Shown here: positions 16,884 to 24,000 of the stretch, piece by piece
Position numbering within the stretch: position 1 is the stretch's first letter
Layout: each line of letters opens with the position of its first letter
The notes under the pieces: model-generated
Told to the model about the DNA's origin: nothing
Seen by the model: the letters and a program-made list of their open reading frames with translations, nothing else
Database searches by the model: none
Position numbers and translations under genes: made by a program
Assembly (NCBI RefSeq): GCF_003814555.1
Contig: NZ_RKQN01000001.1
Location: 678,546 to 702,545, forward strand
DNA from: Vulcaniibacterium tengchongense
Lineage (GTDB): Bacteria; Pseudomonadota; Gammaproteobacteria; Xanthomonadales; Xanthomonadaceae
Reading direction: 5' to 3'
DNA length: 24,000 bases

Positions 16884-17168
16884 GCCGCCAGGCAGCGGCG
16901 GCGTCGCGAACGTCGCCGGCGGCGCATCGCGTTGGAACGGGCGCGTGCCTCGGCACAACCGCGGAACTCCAGGCCGCGTCCGGCGGTGCCGATGGAGCGA
17001 TGGAGGCACCGAACAGGCCGGGCGAAGAGCGCGCCGATCTTGTCGCGCGTGGCACGGGAGAGAGCTCCGGACGCCGGTCGCTGAAACCTCCGCCTGGGCG
17101 GCCGTATGGCGAGCTCATCGTGCCTCGCGATGCGTGCGACGGGTGGGGCGCACGGCCCCGCCGCGGGC

Positions 17169-17339
17169 TCATCCGGTCGCGGCAGGCGCCGGCCCCGGCC
17201 GCGCCTGCGCGCCGGTGCGCGCCGCGTCCGGCGAGGGATTCTGCAGCGGTGCCGCCTCGCGACTGTTCAGATACGCGTATGCGACCAGGGCGGCGAGCAG
17301 GATCGCGATCATCAGGATCACGATGTGGCGCGTTTTCAT
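17169..17339 (-). CDS. Unannotated 56-aa single-pass membrane ORF, apparently translationally coupled to the upstream small gene
   Basis: It is absent from the ORF track (short). Hand translation gives MKTRHIVILMIAILLAALVAYAYLNSREAAPLQNPSPDAARTGAQARPGPAPAATG. The upstream gene's stop is embedded in tGAGGcgaccATG, so GAGG sits 5 nt before the ATG. Confidence 0.4.
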   Translation of the reverse strand: MKTRHIVILMIAILLAALVAYAYLNSREAAPLQNPSPDAARTGAQARPGPAPAATG

Positions 17340-17346
17340 GGTCGCC

Positions 17347-17532
17347 TCAGCGCCGCTTGCGATCGCCGCGGTCGCCCTGGCCGGACGCGACTTCGGTCTT
17401 GGCGGCGCGGCGCCGGTCCTGGGCCAGGGAGCGGCCGAGATCGTCGGACTCGACGATCCGGCCCTTGTCGTCGCGGCGGATCAGCCGCTTGTCGCCGTTC
17501 GGCGCGATCAGTTCCCGCTTGCTCGATGCCAT
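17347..17532 (-). CDS. Small (61 aa) highly charged hypothetical protein
   Basis: A strong AAGGAG lies 6 nt before the ATG, and codons are GC3-rich. Sequence: MASSKRELIAPNGDKRLIRRDDKGRIVESDDLGRSLAQDRRRAAKTEVASGQGDRGDRKRR. Confidence 0.65.
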   Translation of the reverse strand: MASSKRELIAPNGDKRLIRRDDKGRIVESDDLGRSLAQDRRRAAKTEVASGQGDRGDRKRR

Positions 17533-17610
17533 GGGGAGACTCCTTCGGCAGAGCCTCCATCGTCCGACGGACGCGGTGAACGCCGGGAGAAGCGACCCGG
17601 CGCAAGCCGC

Positions 17611-17644
17611 GCGAAAACGAAAGCCCGCGATCGCTCGCGGGCTT
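17611..17644 (-). terminator. Rho-independent terminator of tRNA-Leu
   Basis: A 10-bp perfect stem (aagcccgcga/tcgcgggctt) with a 4-nt loop lies 9 nt after the tRNA 3' end. On the minus strand it is followed by TTTCGTTTTCG. Confidence 0.8.
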
Positions 17645-17652
17645 CGACGTCA

Positions 17653-17739
17653 TGGTGCCGGAAGTGGGACTCGAACCCACACGCTTTTAAGGGCGGCGGA
17701 TTTTGAGTCCGCTGCGTCTACCGATTCCGCCATTCCGGC
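17653..17739 (-). tRNA. tRNA-Leu (anticodon CAA), type II with long variable arm, encoded CCA
   Basis: The reverse complement is GCCGGAATGGCGGAATCGGTAGACGCAGCGGACTCAAAATCCGCCGCCCTTAAAAGCGTGTGGGTTCGAGTCCCACTTCCGGCACCA. It has acceptor stem GCCGGAA/TTCCGGC, anticodon stem GCGGA/TCCGC with loop CTCAAAA, and a GGTTCGAGTCC T-arm. Confidence 0.95.
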
Positions 17740-17787
17740 GCGGGGCCCAGTATAGCGAAGCGGCGCGGCCGGGACAGCCGCGCGCGC

Positions 17788-18240
17788 TCACAGGCCGCCG
17801 TGGCGGGCCATCGCGGCGGCGAACACGAAGATCGCGGCGACCAGCAGCAGTTCGAAGCGGACCACGCCGCGCATCTTCGCGACCTCGGCGGCGTCGGGCA
17901 GGAAGCCGGGATTCGCCGCCAGCGCCTTGCGCCAGCGCAGGAAGCGCAGGGTCGGCAGGATCGACAGCAGGCCGACCAGCACGAACGCGCCGAGCTTGGC
18001 GTGGAACCACGGGTTGTGGGCGTAGAAGTCCCAGCCCTTGATGCCGAACAGCAGGCGCGAGGCGCCGACGACCAGCAGCAGCATCGCGCTCAGGCCGTAG
18101 CCCAGGTCGATTCCAGCCAGGCGCTGCATCGCGGCGCGGTCGAGCGCGCCGCGCAGCAGCACCGCCTCGGCCACCAGCATCGCGACCAGGCCGAAGAACA
18201 GCAGATGGTGCAGGGCGGCGAGGAGGAAGTCGGTCAGCAT
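17788..18240 (-). CDS. Integral membrane protein, DUF2214-like
   Basis: The 150-aa ORF has four predicted hydrophobic helices and begins MLTDFLLAALHHLLFFGLVAMLVAEAVLLR. The family assignment is from memory, so it is less certain than the gene call. Confidence 0.7.
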   Translation of the reverse strand: MLTDFLLAALHHLLFFGLVAMLVAEAVLLRGALDRAAMQRLAGIDLGYGLSAMLLLVVGASRLLFGIKGWDFYAHNPWFHAKLGAFVLVGLLSILPTLRFLRWRKALAANPGFLPDAAEVAKMRGVVRFELLLVAAIFVFAAAMARHGGL

Positions 18241-18527
18241 CGTCGCGGTTCCGTCGTGGAGGGTTGCGGCACGCTAAACCGCGGCCGTGCCGGGGCCAAG
18301 TGCCGGAATTCACCTCGCGCGCACGAGCGCCGCGCCGGCGCCGGAATCCGCGCTCCGGCGGCGCTTGCCCGTCCGGCCGCGCAGCCGCGGGCAAGCGCGG
18401 TTGCGGCACGTCGCTCCACCATGGCCGGGCGCGCCGACGCGCACCGGCTCGTTGGCGTAACCGCAGGGGCGGCCCGGCTTCGGCCGCGGCAAGGGCGGCG
18501 CACGGGCGATTCGCGTGCGGGGGCCGC

Positions 18528-19298
18528 TCAGCGTTCGGCGACCAGGAATAAGCGCCGGAACGGGAACAGCACGCGTCCGTCCGCCTGCGCCGGGTAGGCC
18601 TCGGCGAGGCGCGCGCGGTATTCGGCCAGGTAGGCCGCCCGTTCCTCGTCGCCGAGCGGCGCGAGGAACGGCCGCAGGCCGGTGCCCTGCACCCATTCGA
18701 CGATGCCGTCGACGCCGTCGAGCACATGGCGGTAGGTCGTGTGCCACAGGTCGATACGGCGGCACAGCGGCGCCAGCGCGTCGTAGTAGCCGCCGGGTGC
18801 GGCCAGAACGTCGCGCGCGCCGGCGGCGCCGGCGAGCTTGCCGGCCCAGGGGCCGGCCGCGGCGGTGTCGCGCATCAGCCGGTGCGAGGGCGCGTCCAGG
18901 TTGTCGGGCATCTGCACGGCGAGCACGCCGCCGGCGGGCAGGGCCTCGACCAGGCGCCGCAGCACGGCGAGATGGTCCGGCACCCACTGGAACACGGCAT
19001 TGGCGAACAGCAGGTCGGTGCCCGCCGGCGGCGCCCAGGCGGACAGGTCGGCCTGGACGAAGCCCACCCGCGGCAGCCGCTCGCGGGCCTGGCGCAGCAT
19101 GTCCGGCGAGGCGTCGACGCCGAGGATCGCGGCTTCCGGGAAGCGCTCGGCCAGCAGCTCGGTCGAGTTGCCGGGGCCGCAGCCCAGGTCGGCGATGCGC
19201 CGGAACGGCCGCGGCGGCACCTGCGCGAGCAGGTCGCGCGCGGGGCGGGTGCGTTCCCGCTCGAACTTCAGGTATTGGCGCGCGTTCCAGTCGTGCAT
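18528..19298 (-). CDS. tam: Trans-aconitate 2-methyltransferase-like SAM-dependent methyltransferase
   Basis: It starts at [24 protein letters not shown] and has SAM motif [15 protein letters not shown], then [12 protein letters not shown] and VLAVQMPDN, as in Tam. AGGA lies 7 nt before the ATG at 19298; the longer track ORF adds an implausible Arg/Pro/Cys-rich extension. Confidence 0.85.
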   Translation of the reverse strand: MHDWNARQYLKFERERTRPARDLLAQVPPRPFRRIADLGCGPGNSTELLAERFPEAAILGVDASPDMLRQARERLPRVGFVQADLSAWAPPAGTDLLFANAVFQWVPDHLAVLRRLVEALPAGGVLAVQMPDNLDAPSHRLMRDTAAAGPWAGKLAGAAGARDVLAAPGGYYDALAPLCRRIDLWHTTYRHVLDGVDGIVEWVQGTGLRPFLAPLGDEERAAYLAEYRARLAEAYPAQADGRVLFPFRRLFLVAER

Positions 19299-19398
19299 CG
19301 CGGTTCCTGTCCGCGGGGCTGGGCCGGCCGGGCCCGTGCCGGCGCAGCGGGGCGCCGCGCCGTCGCCGTGCACGGGCGGCGTGCCGCGACCGCGGCGC

Positions 19399-19995
19399 TC
19401 AGGCCGCGGCGTCGGTCCGCAGGGTTTTGGCGACGCGCGAGAACCACTCGCCCTCTTCGGGCAGGTACATCGAGCAGCACTCCATCGGCGCCTGGTAGAT
19501 GTGCAGCGACACGGCGACGGCATCGTCGCTGGCGTTGCGGATGGTGTGGTACTCGTGCGGCGGGATCAGGCTGCCCGCGCTGCCCGGGCCGGCGTGCATG
19601 CCGCCGGCGGCGCGGAAGCGGAAGCGTTCGCCTTCGCGCTCGAGCAGCTCGTACTGGGTGATCTCCAGTTCGCCGTCCCACACGCCCTCCACGCACCACA
19701 GGCCGGCGTGGTCGTGCACCGGCGTGCCCTGGCCGGGGCCCCAGGTCATCGCCACCACGCTGTAGCCGTGCTCGGGGCTGCGGTACAGCTCGCGGCGGGC
19801 GTAGTGGTCGGCGATCGGCGCGTACACGCAGTCGGGCAGGCGCACGCTGCGGGTGCGGATCATCCCGCACAAGGCGCCGCGCAGGGCGGCGGTGACAGCG
19901 TGGCCGTCGCCGGCGGCGACCGCCTCGTCGAGCGCGGCGACCAGCCGGTCGCGATCCGGGAAAGCGGTGGGCGGAAGGGCGGCGACGGCGTTCAT
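19399..19995 (-). CDS. Cysteine dioxygenase type I family (cupin) protein, Arg-type
   Basis: The 3-His metal site aligns by hand with rat CDO: HDH (H94, H96) and H150. YAR(R) aligns with Y58-x-R60, and SLHIY aligns with S153-H155-Y157. Cys101 lies four residues after the HDH, at the position of Cys93. Confidence 0.85.
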   Translation of the reverse strand: MNAVAALPPTAFPDRDRLVAALDEAVAAGDGHAVTAALRGALCGMIRTRSVRLPDCVYAPIADHYARRELYRSPEHGYSVVAMTWGPGQGTPVHDHAGLWCVEGVWDGELEITQYELLEREGERFRFRAAGGMHAGPGSAGSLIPPHEYHTIRNASDDAVAVSLHIYQAPMECCSMYLPEEGEWFSRVAKTLRTDAAA

Positions 19996-20002
19996 GCGGC
20001 CG

Positions 20003-20035
20003 ATTCTACGCCGATCGTCGCAAAAGAAACCTTTT
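20003..20035 (-). promoter_or_regulatory. Candidate promoter/operator of the CDO gene: TAGAAT 7 nt upstream of the ATG, plus AT-rich inverted repeat AAAAG-N4-CTTTT
   Basis: The minus strand reads ggaaaaggtttcttttgcgacgatcggcgTAGAATcggccgcATG. There is no Shine-Dalgarno sequence. The spacing would place the transcription start at or next to the start codon. Confidence 0.3.
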
Positions 20036-20127
20036 CCGAGCGACGCGCTACCAGCGGGCCCGGTAGCGCGCGCGCCGCATTGTGCGCTGCGACATCGCGT
20101 GTGCGATCGCCTGCACGAAACGCGCGC

Positions 20128-20922
20128 TCAGCCGCGCAGGTACTCGCCGGGCGAGCGCCCGACCAGGCGGCGGAAGTCGCGGATGAAATGCGCCTGGTCG
20201 AAATAGCCCAGTTCGAGCGCCAGCCGCGTCCCGTCGGCCGCGTCGCCGCAGGCCAGGCGCTCGAGCGCTTGGTGCAGGCGATAGCGCTGGATCACCCACT
20301 TGGGGCCGATGCCGACGTAATCGTTGAACAGGCGCTGCAGCGTGCGCGGGGCGGTGCCGAACGCCTCGGCGGCCTGTTCGACGCGCAGCAGGTCGCGCTC
20401 GCGCTCGATCCGCGCGACCAGTTCGGCGATGCGCTCCGCGACCGGGTCGGGCGGCGGGCGGATCGGCTCGAGGAAGCGCACCGCCGCCTGGACCTGCCGC
20501 GCGTCGTCCTCGCCCGCGGCGGCGAGGTCGCGCAGCAGCGCGGCGGGGTCGACGCCCAGCGCTTCCTCCAGCGGCAGGCTGCGGTCGCGCAAGGTCGAGA
20601 CCGGTTTGCCGAGCAGGCCGCGGAACGCACCGGCGCGGAACTTGATGCCGAACACGCCGCCGCGCCCGCGCAGCTCCCGCACGAAGCGGCCGCGCTGCAC
20701 ACCGTACAGCCGCGCCTGGCCGCCCTCGACGACCAGGTGCACGTTCGGGTGCGGCAGGGTCTCGCGCGTCTGCGGCGGGTTGCCCTGCAGCTCCCAGCGA
20801 ATGATCCAGAAGTGCTGGACCAGGCCGGCCAGCGCCGGCGGCGGGGCCAGGCGGGCGTGGTGGAAACGCCCCGGCGCCGGCCGGTGGCGCAGGATGCCGC
20901 GCGCGGGGCCGACCGTGCTCAT
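20128..20922 (-). CDS. AraC-family transcriptional regulator
   Basis: The C-terminal AraC HTH reads VEQAAEAFGTAPRTLQRLFNDYVGIGPKWVIQRYRLHQALERL ... LALELGYFDQAHFIRDFRRLVGRSPGEYL. The start is taken at MSTVGPARGIL (ATG at 20922), since the upstream extension is low-complexity. Confidence 0.85.
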   Translation of the reverse strand: MSTVGPARGILRHRPAPGRFHHARLAPPPALAGLVQHFWIIRWELQGNPPQTRETLPHPNVHLVVEGGQARLYGVQRGRFVRELRGRGGVFGIKFRAGAFRGLLGKPVSTLRDRSLPLEEALGVDPAALLRDLAAAGEDDARQVQAAVRFLEPIRPPPDPVAERIAELVARIERERDLLRVEQAAEAFGTAPRTLQRLFNDYVGIGPKWVIQRYRLHQALERLACGDAADGTRLALELGYFDQAHFIRDFRRLVGRSPGEYLRG

Positions 20923-21115
20923 GCGCGCCGCGCGCGGCGGGTTTTTCCAATCCGGCGCGTCGCGGATGTGTTCGAATGCGGGCACGTCCGCCGCCGAGGT
21001 GCCGCCAGGCCCGCCGCGTCCGCACGCCGCGGCGCGCTCGCCGCCTGGTTGCTCGCGGTTGCGTTCGCGCCGCTCGCGCGCGCCGGCGGCCGGATCGATG
21101 CCCAAGGAGCCCACC

Positions 21116-21543
21116 ATGCGTCAGGTCAACGGAACGTTCGAGGTCAAGGTTACACCGCAGCAGCCCGACAACGCGCCGGCACAGGCGGCCGGCATCGGCC
21201 GCATGTCGCTGCAGAAGCGCTTCCACGGCCCGCTGCAGGCGACCGGCCAGGGGGAGATGCTGTACGCGGGCGACGGCACCACGTCCGGCGCCTACGTTGC
21301 GATCGAGAAGGTCGAAGGTACGCTCGATGGGCGCGAGGGCGGCTTCGCGCTGGTCCACCACGCGCTGATGAACCGCGGCAAGCCGGAGGCCTGGACGGTG
21401 ACGGTGGTGCCGATTCGGGAACGGGCCAGCTCGCCGGCCTGTCGGGCGCGATGACGATCACCATCGCTGACGGCCCGCATTATTACGACTTCCGCTACGC
21501 GCTGGACGCCGCCGCGGCCGGGCGGGCGCCTTCGGACAAGTAG
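21116..21543 (+). pseudogene. DUF3224-family gene interrupted by a single-nucleotide (-1) frameshift near 21412
   Basis: AAGGAG lies 6 nt before the ATG at 21116. Frame A reads MRQVNGTFEVKVTPQ ... EAWTVTVVP and then runs into nonsense, stopping at 21454. The other frame continues DSGTGQLAGLSGAMTITIADGPHYYDFRYAL to the stop at 21543. Family members read ...VVPDSGTG.L.GL.G.M.I....G.H.Y.F.Y.L continuously. Confidence 0.75.
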
Positions 21544-21561
21544 GCGCTTTCGCGGGCCGCG

Positions 21562-22698
21562 CTACAGCGAATCGAGGAAGCCGCGCACCGCCGGGCCGAA
21601 GCGGCCGATGTCGACCAGGAAGGCGTCGTGCCCCTGCGGCGAGTCCAGCGGCAGGAAGCGCGCGTCGGCGCCGCCGGCGCGCAGGCCCTCGGCGATCTCC
21701 TCCTGCTGCTGCAACGGGAACAGGATGTCGGTGTGCACGCCGATCGCCAGCGCCTTCTCGACCGGGATCGTCGCCAGGCCGGCGCGCACGTCGGCCTCGC
21801 CGTTGCCGCAGCGCCCGGCGCAGTATTCGCCGAGGTCGAACCAGTCCATCGAGCGGCTCAGGTACAGGTAGCAGTTCGGGTCGAAGCGGCGCACGAAGCG
21901 GCGGGCGTGGCCTTCGAGGTAGCTTTCGACCTCGAACTCCAGGCCGAACGGATCGTCGTCCGGGCGGCGGTCGGAATCCAGCCGCACCCGGCCGAAGCGG
22001 CCGTCCCACTCCAGCGCCGAACGGTAGGTGATCACGCCCAGCTTGCGCGCCATGCGCATGCCCGACTCGGGATAGCGCCGCTCGTCGTAGCGGCCGTGGT
22101 TCCAGTTCGGATCCAGCCGGATCGCCTCGCGCTGCAGCGAGCGGATCGCGATCGAGAACGGCAGCGCGCGGGCCGCGCCGGAGACGTTGATGTGGTGGCG
22201 GGCGAGCCCCGGATGGCGCAGCAGGAACGCGAGCGCGGTCATGCCGCCCATCGAATTGCCGATCACGCAGGCCAGCCGTTCGATGCCCAGCCCGCGCACC
22301 ACGTGCGCGGCGGCGTCGGCGCCGTCCTCGACCGAGAGCTCCGGGAAATCCAGGCGGTACGGTTCGCCGGTGGCCGGGTTCGGCGACGCCGGACCGGTCG
22401 AGCCCTTGCAGCTGCCGAGCGAGTTCACGCAGATCACGAACCAGCGCGCGGTGTCGATCGGCTTGCCCGGGCCGAGCATCGGCTCCCACCAGCCGGGCTC
22501 CGGATTGGCCGGGCCGCTCGCCGCATGCGCGTCGGGCGAAAGCCCGGTGAGGATCAGGATCGCGTTGTCGCGCGCGGGCGAAAGCTCGCCCCAGGTCTCG
22601 TAGGCGATGCGCGCGCCGTGCAGCGCGCCGCCGCGCTTCATCGGGAACGGCGAGGGCAGCGGGAAGAAGCGGGTACCGGGCGGGATGAACTCGAACAT
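21562..22698 (-). CDS. metX: Homoserine O-acyltransferase MetX (O-succinyl/acetyl type not resolvable by eye)
   Basis: The N-terminus MFEFIPPGTRFFPLPSPFPMKRGGALHGARIAYETWGEL matches the xanthomonad-type MetX N-terminus. It has the nucleophile elbow GNSMGG and a C-terminal SPQGHDAFL. Confidence 0.9.
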   Translation of the reverse strand: MFEFIPPGTRFFPLPSPFPMKRGGALHGARIAYETWGELSPARDNAILILTGLSPDAHAASGPANPEPGWWEPMLGPGKPIDTARWFVICVNSLGSCKGSTGPASPNPATGEPYRLDFPELSVEDGADAAAHVVRGLGIERLACVIGNSMGGMTALAFLLRHPGLARHHINVSGAARALPFSIAIRSLQREAIRLDPNWNHGRYDERRYPESGMRMARKLGVITYRSALEWDGRFGRVRLDSDRRPDDDPFGLEFEVESYLEGHARRFVRRFDPNCYLYLSRSMDWFDLGEYCAGRCGNGEADVRAGLATIPVEKALAIGVHTDILFPLQQQEEIAEGLRAGGADARFLPLDSPQGHDAFLVDIGRFGPAVRGFLDSL

Positions 22699-22810
22699 AG
22701 GCGCCGGAGTGTAGCAACGCGCCCCGCGCTTGCCAGGCGCCGCGCGGAAAGGCGCATGCCGGCGAGCGCAACGCGTGGCCGCGCGCTCCCCGCGCGAGGG
22801 GGCGCGCGCA

Positions 22811-23830
22811 TCACTCGACGACGCGGTCGATCCGCAGCGTGTACGCGGATTCGGCGCCGGGCTGCGCCGGCTGCGGTGCCGATTCGAGATCGCCGCGGCC
22901 GCGCTCGGCGGTGCCCGCCTGCGAGATGCGCGCCTGCAGCTGCACCTGGCGCAGCTGCGACAGTTTCAGCGTCGGCATCGGGCTGTCGCCATCGCCGAGT
23001 TCGACCGTGAGCGGGAAGCCGGTGGCGGGCAGGCGCTTGGCCGCCACCGGCATCGGCGGCCCGCCGGGCTGGCGGGCGAGCACGAACAGCGCGGCGTCGG
23101 CGCCGAGCCGGCCGCGCAGCTCCGGCGCGAGCTCGACGGTGACGCGCAGCAACGCCGGTGCGGCCTCCGCGGCCGCCGCCGCGGCGGGCGAGGCCGGCAG
23201 CGGCGGCAGGCCGGCATCGCGGCGCGCCGCGTCGATCTGCTGGCGCAGGCTGGATGCGGTGGCCGGGTCGGTCACGACGCCCAGCAGCGGCTCCCAGGTG
23301 CGCGCCGCCTCGGCGGGTTGCTGCGCCTGGCGCTGGGCGATGCCGAGGAACCAGCGCGCGCGCTGGTGCATCGGCTGCTGCTGCAGGGCGCGGCGCAGCA
23401 TGGCCACGCCTTCCTCGTCGAAGCGCCGCTGCGGCGCGGCCAGGGCGCGCACTTCGGCGGCCTCGGCGAGCAGGTCGGGGTCGTCCGGCGCCAGCTTCAG
23501 CGCGCGCGCCAGCACATCGCGCGCGGCGTCGCCGCGGCCCTCGGCGAGATAGGCGCGGCCGAGCAGGCGCCAGCCTTCGATGCTGTTCGGCTCGCGCCGC
23601 AGCTGCGCTTCCAGTTGCGCGATCGCTTCGTCGAGCGTTTCCGGCGCCTTGCGCCGGGCCGGATCCAGCGCCTGCGGCGTGCCGATCGCGAAGTACAGCA
23701 GGCCCGCGGCGAGGGTGAGGCCGGCGACCGCGCCGAAGCCGGCGGCCGGCCGCGTGCGCCACAGCGGGCGCAGCACGTAGGCGAGCACGAGGACGGCCAG
23801 GGCGAGGCCGGCGAGAGCGAAGGCGGTCAT
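22811..23830 (-). CDS. ccmI: c-type cytochrome biogenesis protein CcmI (CycH), TPR-containing
   Basis: It starts at MTAFALAGLALAVLVLAYVLRPLWR (two N-terminal TM helices), followed by TPR-like repeats (GWRLLGRAYLAEGRGDAARDVLARALKLAPDDPDLL). Its ATG overlaps the ccmH stop (tgATGa). Confidence 0.8.
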   Translation of the reverse strand: MTAFALAGLALAVLVLAYVLRPLWRTRPAAGFGAVAGLTLAAGLLYFAIGTPQALDPARRKAPETLDEAIAQLEAQLRREPNSIEGWRLLGRAYLAEGRGDAARDVLARALKLAPDDPDLLAEAAEVRALAAPQRRFDEEGVAMLRRALQQQPMHQRARWFLGIAQRQAQQPAEAARTWEPLLGVVTDPATASSLRQQIDAARRDAGLPPLPASPAAAAAAEAAPALLRVTVELAPELRGRLGADAALFVLARQPGGPPMPVAAKRLPATGFPLTVELGDGDSPMPTLKLSQLRQVQLQARISQAGTAERGRGDLESAPQPAQPGAESAYTLRIDRVVE

Positions 23831-24000
23831 CACCACTCCTGGTCCGGTTCGTCCGCCGGTGCGGGTTGCTGGCGGGCGTGCGCGGCGCGGCGGCGCACCG
23901 CCGCGACCACCCCCGCGCCGCCGGCCAGCAGCACCAGGGCCGGGCCGAACCACAGCAGCCAGGTCTTGGATTCGAGCTGCGGCCGGTACAGCACGAACTC
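23830..24000 (-). CDS. ccmH: Cytochrome c-type biogenesis protein CcmH, C-terminal part (5' end beyond the window)
   Basis: Hand translation of the minus strand gives EFVLYRPQLESKTWLLWFGPALVLLAGGAGVVAAVRRRAAHARQQPAPADEPDQEW*. This is the typical CcmH C-terminal TM segment, and the gene lies immediately upstream of ccmI. Confidence 0.8.
   Translation of the reverse strand, partial: EFVLYRPQLESKTWLLWFGPALVLLAGGAGVVAAVRRRAAHARQQPAPADEPDQEW

Noticed and set aside
16884-17739. A genomic island or prophage integrated at tRNA-Leu(CAA).
   Set aside because: No integrase, transposase or phage-like gene is present. By eye I could find no direct repeat of the tRNA 3' end elsewhere in the window. Only a short low-density stretch remains, noted under findings as a possible remnant.
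21405-21420. Programmed -1 ribosomal frameshifting in the DUF3224 gene.
   Set aside because: There is no slippery heptamer (the sequence is G GUG CCG AUU) and no obvious downstream pseudoknot. The family is not known to use recoding. A mutation or sequencing error is the simpler explanation.
22699-22810. A SAM riboswitch in the 112-nt leader upstream of metX.
   Set aside because: The minus-strand leader lacks the conserved elements I can recall for SAM-I or SAM-II (for example the AAAGCU pseudoknot segment). It shows only generic GC-rich hairpins next to the ccmI stop. A covariance-model scan would be needed to be sure.
1-24000. A search for CRISPR arrays, toxin-antitoxin pairs, restriction-modification or other defence islands, transposons or insertion sequences, and secondary-metabolite clusters.
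   Set aside because: None was found. There are no regularly spaced repeats, no nuclease, helicase, methylase or transposase signatures, and no terminal inverted repeats. The gene content is housekeeping or core accessory, so I do not claim a novel system here.

Overview
This is a very GC-rich bacterial chromosomal window. Gene content (class III PhaE/PhaC, MetX, CcmH/CcmI, TonB-dependent receptor, REP-like palindrome) suggests a Xanthomonadales/Lysobacter-like gammaproteobacterium; that assignment is inference only. Coding density is high. I support about 26 protein genes, one tRNA-Leu(CAA) with a clear intrinsic terminator, and several hairpins and candidate operators. Left to right: the 3' part of a symporter-coupled hybrid histidine kinase (CrbS/MxtR-like); an SRPBCC protein and a LuxR-type response regulator; a PHA-turnover cluster (lipoprotein 3-hydroxybutyrate-oligomer hydrolase, PssA-like phosphatidyltransferase, phaE-phaC with a 1-nt overlap, secreted SGNH hydrolase); small envelope proteins (DUF5329, PspC-domain, an HExxH membrane protein); a DedA-rhodanese fusion divergent from a TonB-dependent siderophore receptor with a Fur-box-like site; NRDE/TANGO2-like protein; a 68-aa orphan; an SDR epimerase; two tiny coupled ORFs; tRNA-Leu; a DUF2214-like membrane protein; Tam methyltransferase; a cysteine dioxygenase homologue; AraC regulator; a frameshifted DUF3224 gene; metX; ccmI and the end of ccmH. 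I found no CRISPR array, transposase, integrase, phage gene or recognisable defence system, and no compelling novel multi-gene system, so the window reads as ordinary core chromosome. The points most worth a second look are modest. (1) The CDO homologue carries a eukaryote-like Cys/Tyr pair. (2) A CrbS/CrbR-type two-component system sits beside the PHA genes. (3) A small membrane protein has a DUF4157-like HExxHxxQ motif. (4) An unannotated 56-aa membrane ORF is coupled to a 61-aa charged protein next to the tRNA. (5) The DUF3224 gene has a 1-nt frameshift. Most long ORFs in the six-frame track are Arg/Ala/Pro/Gly-rich shadow ORFs typical of high-GC DNA and were rejected. All family calls rest on motif recognition by eye; no searches were run.
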